The translations under genes and the position numbers were made by a program. Positions 60,401 through 64,000 of a stretch of DNA of 64,000 bases are shown in pieces. Numbering within the stretch: the first letter of the stretch is position 1; the number at the start of each line of letters is the position of its first letter. The notes beneath the pieces were generated by a model. The model saw only the letters and a list, made by a program, of their open reading frames with translations. It was not told the DNA's origin and did no database searches. The stretch lies in the NCBI GenBank assembly GCA_965204345.1, contig OZ241981.1, positions 960,001 through 1,024,000 on the forward strand, written 5' to 3'. The stretch is from Nitrosopumilus sp. Lineage in GTDB: Archaea; Thermoproteota; Nitrososphaeria; Nitrososphaerales; Nitrosopumilaceae.

Positions 60401-61141
60401 ATGTATTTTCTATATTGGGATGCATTTGATAATACAAGATTAAGAAAAAAAAGTGTAAACAACGGTTGGTATGTCTTTAGTGTAGCATATCAAAGATATT
60501 GGAAAACCATCAGAGAGCAATCAACTGTATTAAAGAGAGAATTACTTTCACAGTTGATCCCACATGATTGGAAATTACATGCATCAGAGATATGAAATAA
60601 TAGAGAATTTTTTTCCAAGGTTTAACGCTAGTTGCTAATCTTGATTAAAAGAATTTTTTTTCCCAAGGTTTTAGATTTTATTTGCAGTGCAGGCTAGCAA
60701 CTAATCAACATAGAATACTCAAAGACAAGCTTAACGCAAAGCACACCAAAGGCAATGAAATATTCACAGACTTTGTTAGTGGAGCGTTTTGAGCAATCCA
60801 TTTAGAAGAGAGCAGAAGAAACAGACAGTGGATTATTGTTTGCTGATTCAGATCAGGGAATTGCAGAAAAAGAGATCAAGGATTTTGATCTGAAAACCAG
60901 TAGGAAGGGAGTAACGCCATGCAAAGTGCATATATGTTATTGAAGATTCCCATACTTGCCAAATCTCATTTATGGAATCTGATTAAACTTGCAGATTGGC
61001 TGGCATGTGTCATTGATAGACACTACAAGAAAAGATGAAAAATTCAAAAGTTGGTTTGAGAGATTAAAACCAAGGTTGTATCAGCCAGAAGATCAGCTTG
61101 AAGGGTTTGGATTCAAAGAACTTTCAGATTATAAAAAATAA
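60401..61141 (+). pseudogene. DUF3800-family protein pseudogene
   Basis: Fragments in order: MYFLYWD..., WKLHASEI*, ERFEQ, GLLFADSD, VIED, SHLWNLIKLADWLAC, EGFGFKEL; several stops and frameshifts. Confidence 0.75.
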
Positions 61142-61207
61142 TATCGGAAAGAGGATCCGCACAGATGCAGATTACGTCATCCCCTAAAATCGCACAGGTG
61201 CGATCTT
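61141..61207 (-). ncRNA. Candidate DUF3800-associated structured ncRNA
   Basis: Two hairpins whose G-U pairs form only on the minus strand; TATATA at 61229-61234; T-rich end. Confidence 0.5.
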
Positions 61208-61293
61208 ACTATGCTAACGCTGATTTACTATATACGACCTTGGATAGTCACGCTTTAACTCAAGAGTTTCAGGCTAGTGACAAGCTTGGAGGC

Positions 61294-61379
61294 TGTAATC
61301 GTCAAAAAATCTCAAAGTGCAATTCATAGATTTTCTAAATCTATGATTTATGGCATGGAACATCAAAATTTGCCAGAAC
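61294..61379 (+). repeat. ~87-bp inverted repeat, arm 2
   Basis: Partner of 60051-60137. Confidence 0.85.
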
Positions 61380-61453
61380 ACATATTGGATGAGTTATGCA
61401 ACAGAGCACTAAAATCTACCACACATCCTTTATGACAACAGGATTTACGACAA

Positions 61454-62842
61454 CTAACAGATCTCTTTTCCCAGCAAAGACTTGTACAGTGATATTGCAT
61501 CAGACTCGTCTTTTGGACCCACGACCACAGCAGAGCCCCTCTTCATAAAGTTTACAGACGCGTCATTTGTCCTCAGAGACAGTCCAAGCTCGCCCTGATT
61601 CTCAACTGTAAATCCCTTTTCTTCTCCTGCTGCAGTAACGACGCCAACATCAAGGTCAAATGTCTGGGTTGGCGTAATGGCAAAGGTTCTCTTGCCGCCG
61701 TTGCGTCCGCACAGTTCCTCTAAAATCAGCTCTTCTTCTTTTGTGTCATCTTTCTCTTTTTGTACAGCGTCAATCTTTGCTGTACCACATATGGGACACT
61801 CTTCGGCCCGGAACGTTCTGGTGCTGTTAAAGTCAAGATTCTCCAGATCAATGTGCAGTATTCTTGCAGAAAGGTTGGGGGTTTTGCCAAGAATTATTTT
61901 GACAGCTTCTGCAACCTCGACTGCGCCGACAATTGAGAGTATGGGGGGATGAACGCCCTCTATGCTGCATGTGGGCATCGAGTCCTCATCAAGGGAGGGA
62001 AACATGCAATAGTAGCATGCGGACTTTTTTGGCAAAACCGTAAATGCCTGCCCGGATGTTCCAACTGCAGCTCCTGTAACAAAGGGGATCTCATGATTAA
62101 CACACGCCTTGTTTAGTGCGTATCTTGCATTGACACTGTCTAGGGCATCAACTATGACATCGCATCCATTGATTACCTCAGGTGCTGTGTGATCATTGAC
62201 AGATACGGCCAGAGACTCTATCTTGCAATCAGGATTTAGTTTCCGCAGTTTCTTTGCAGCAGCTTCGACTTTGACCTGTCCTACGTCATCCTCATCAAAC
62301 ATCATCTGCCTGTGCAGGTTGGATAGCTCAACTACGTCCCGGTCAACGATACGCAGTGTCCCAACTCCCATCGTAGCCAATCTGGATATAATTGGGTGTC
62401 CCAGACCGCCTGTTCCAACAACGCAGACCTTGGCGTTTTTTAGCTTTAATTGTCCTCCGTATCCTATTTCCTCAAGCATTACCTGCCTTGAGAACCTGTC
62501 AAGCTCCTTTGCAGATAGTTCTTGGGAGCTATTACCATCAGCTGTGCCACCACTACTCCCACCTGCAACTGCAGGCAATATGTAGACCACATCACCGTCA
62601 TTTAGTACAGTATCCATTCCATCAGAAAACTTTGCATTCTTGCCATTGATATAGATGTTAATCAGCGAGCGGGGGGTGCCGCTGTCATCCTCCAATACCC
62701 TGCGCTTAAAGTCATCTCCCATCATCTCAGATACCTTGAGAAACGCATCTGCAAGGGAATCAGCAGAGACGTCTGCCTTCTTCTCGCCGCCGCCATGATT
62801 CAGTACGGATGGAATGGTAAATACGATATCTGCCATTATCAA
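61454..62842 (-). CDS. ThiS/MoaD ubiquitin-like plus ThiF/MoeB adenylyltransferase fusion
   Basis: N-domain ending ILPAVAGG; RFSRQ, VGTGGLG, SNLHRQ, CYYC and CPIC. Confidence 0.9.
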   Translation of the reverse strand: MIMADIVFTIPSVLNHGGGEKKADVSADSLADAFLKVSEMMGDDFKRRVLEDDSGTPRSLINIYINGKNAKFSDGMDTVLNDGDVVYILPAVAGGSSGGTADGNSSQELSAKELDRFSRQVMLEEIGYGGQLKLKNAKVCVVGTGGLGHPIISRLATMGVGTLRIVDRDVVELSNLHRQMMFDEDDVGQVKVEAAAKKLRKLNPDCKIESLAVSVNDHTAPEVINGCDVIVDALDSVNARYALNKACVNHEIPFVTGAAVGTSGQAFTVLPKKSACYYCMFPSLDEDSMPTCSIEGVHPPILSIVGAVEVAEAVKIILGKTPNLSARILHIDLENLDFNSTRTFRAEECPICGTAKIDAVQKEKDDTKEEELILEELCGRNGGKRTFAITPTQTFDLDVGVVTAAGEEKGFTVENQGELGLSLRTNDASVNFMKRGSAVVVGPKDESDAISLYKSLLGKEIC

Positions 62843-64000
62843 ACTACCGCCGAGATCTCAGATATGTCTGCCTTCATGGTCTGGGGCTTTTCCAATACCT
62901 GCATTACTGATTCAGTTGCCTTTAGACCGTTACCGGTAACATAGCATACGACCCTTTCATTTGCGTCAATCCTTCCCTGCTCTGCCATCTTCTGAAGGAC
63001 AGATACGGACACGCCTCCTGCAGGCTCTGTAAATATACCCTCAGTCTGTGCAAGTAATAGTATGGCATCAAGAATTTCCTGGTTGCTTGATTCCTCTGCA
63101 AACCCGTTGTACTGCTGCAGGCGCCTTAGAACGTATCTGCCATCGCCAGGATCGCCTATTGCTAAGCTTTTTGCAACAGTATCAGGATTTTCAACCGGAG
63201 TTACCTCCTTGCTATTATTTTTGAATGCCTCAACTACTGGCGCACATCCCTGCGGCTGTGCTGCAGTCATGTGTATGTTTGAAATATCATCAAATAGTGA
63301 AACGCTTTGTAACTCCTCAAATCCCTTGCATATGGCATTTAGCATCGCGCCGCTGCCGACTGGAACTATCACATGGTCTGGAACCTGCCAGCCAAGCTGC
63401 TCGGATACCTCAAATGCAAAGGTTTTGGAGCCTTCCACATAGTGGGAGCGCAGGTTGATGTTTACTATGCCGATTCCCCTGCTGTCACCGATTTGTGCGG
63501 CAATCCTGTTTGCATCATCGTACGTTCCATCAATTGCAATGTAATTTGCGCCATAGGATAATGCCTGTGCGATCTTTGCCATCTCAATGTTGCTTGGGGC
63601 AAACACGTGGCAGGGCAGTCCTGCCTTGGCTGCATGCGCAGCAGTTGCAGAAGCTAAATTGCCAGTGGATGCGCATCCCACAGCAGATAGTCCCAGTTCC
63701 TTTGCCTTTGATATTGCAACGCCTGCAGGCCTGTCCTTAAATGAAAATGTCGGGTTTACAGAGTCATTTTTGATGTAAAGGTTCTTCAGTCCCAGCTTTT
63801 CTCCCAAGGTATCAGCCTTGATGAGGGGAGTCATGCCCGCCCCAATGCTTACGATATTGGACTTGCTCTCTATTGGCAATAGTTCAAAGTATCTCCAGTA
63901 GGTCTGCTGACGATTTGCAAAGGTATCCCTAGTTATTGGTGTATAGTCATACTTTACGTCTAGTGGTCCAAAACACTCATCACATACATATCTAAAGTCA
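62839..64000 (-). CDS. thrC: Threonine synthase (5' end beyond the window)
   Basis: NPTFSFKDR, ASTGN, PVGSG, TGNGLK; frame stays open to the window end (..YVCDECFGPL..). Confidence 0.9.
   Translation of the reverse strand, partial: DFRYVCDECFGPLDVKYDYTPITRDTFANRQQTYWRYFELLPIESKSNIVSIGAGMTPLIKADTLGEKLGLKNLYIKNDSVNPTFSFKDRPAGVAISKAKELGLSAVGCASTGNLASATAAHAAKAGLPCHVFAPSNIEMAKIAQALSYGANYIAIDGTYDDANRIAAQIGDSRGIGIVNINLRSHYVEGSKTFAFEVSEQLGWQVPDHVIVPVGSGAMLNAICKGFEELQSVSLFDDISNIHMTAAQPQGCAPVVEAFKNNSKEVTPVENPDTVAKSLAIGDPGDGRYVLRRLQQYNGFAEESSNQEILDAILLLAQTEGIFTEPAGGVSVSVLQKMAEQGRIDANERVVCYVTGNGLKATESVMQVLEKPQTMKADISEISAVV

Noticed and set aside
1618-63778. Numerous antisense and nested ORFs in the track
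   Set aside because: They are shadows of well-supported genes on the opposite strand or in another frame, with no motifs of their own

Overview
Chromosomal window of an ammonia-oxidising archaeon (Nitrosopumilaceae, Nitrosopumilus-like). The core backbone runs: amoA(5' end)-amoX-amoC-amoB, candidate amoY/amoZ, rps15-recJ-pcc1-serS-rps3ae, geranylgeranyl reductase, a MoxR/vWA pair, a cysteine synthase-rhodanese fusion, TBP, P-II, Dus, three tandem thrombospondin type-3 repeat proteins, a tRNA-modification cluster (taw1, rdgB, bud32, kae1, tgtA), a beta-CASP RNase, ogg, tRNA-Arg(UCU), the Rieske/cytochrome b/plastocyanin-like complex III, an S8 protease, S-layer genes, ThiS-MoeB and thrC. Three accessory or decayed regions interrupt it. 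(1) About 1 kb of mobile debris lies inside the amo cluster (HNH nuclease remnant, an IS481 end, a SWIM/zinc-ribbon transposase remnant). (2) A ~9.5 kb AT-rich island between ogg and tRNA-Arg holds toxin-antitoxin genes and remnants, RHH paralogues, a dead IS481 and a ParB pseudogene. (3) A DUF3800 pseudogene has a convergent structured ncRNA candidate and is flanked by inverted repeats. A candidate C/D-box sRNA lies at 9411-9480. All calls come from reading the sequence by eye; no searches were run.
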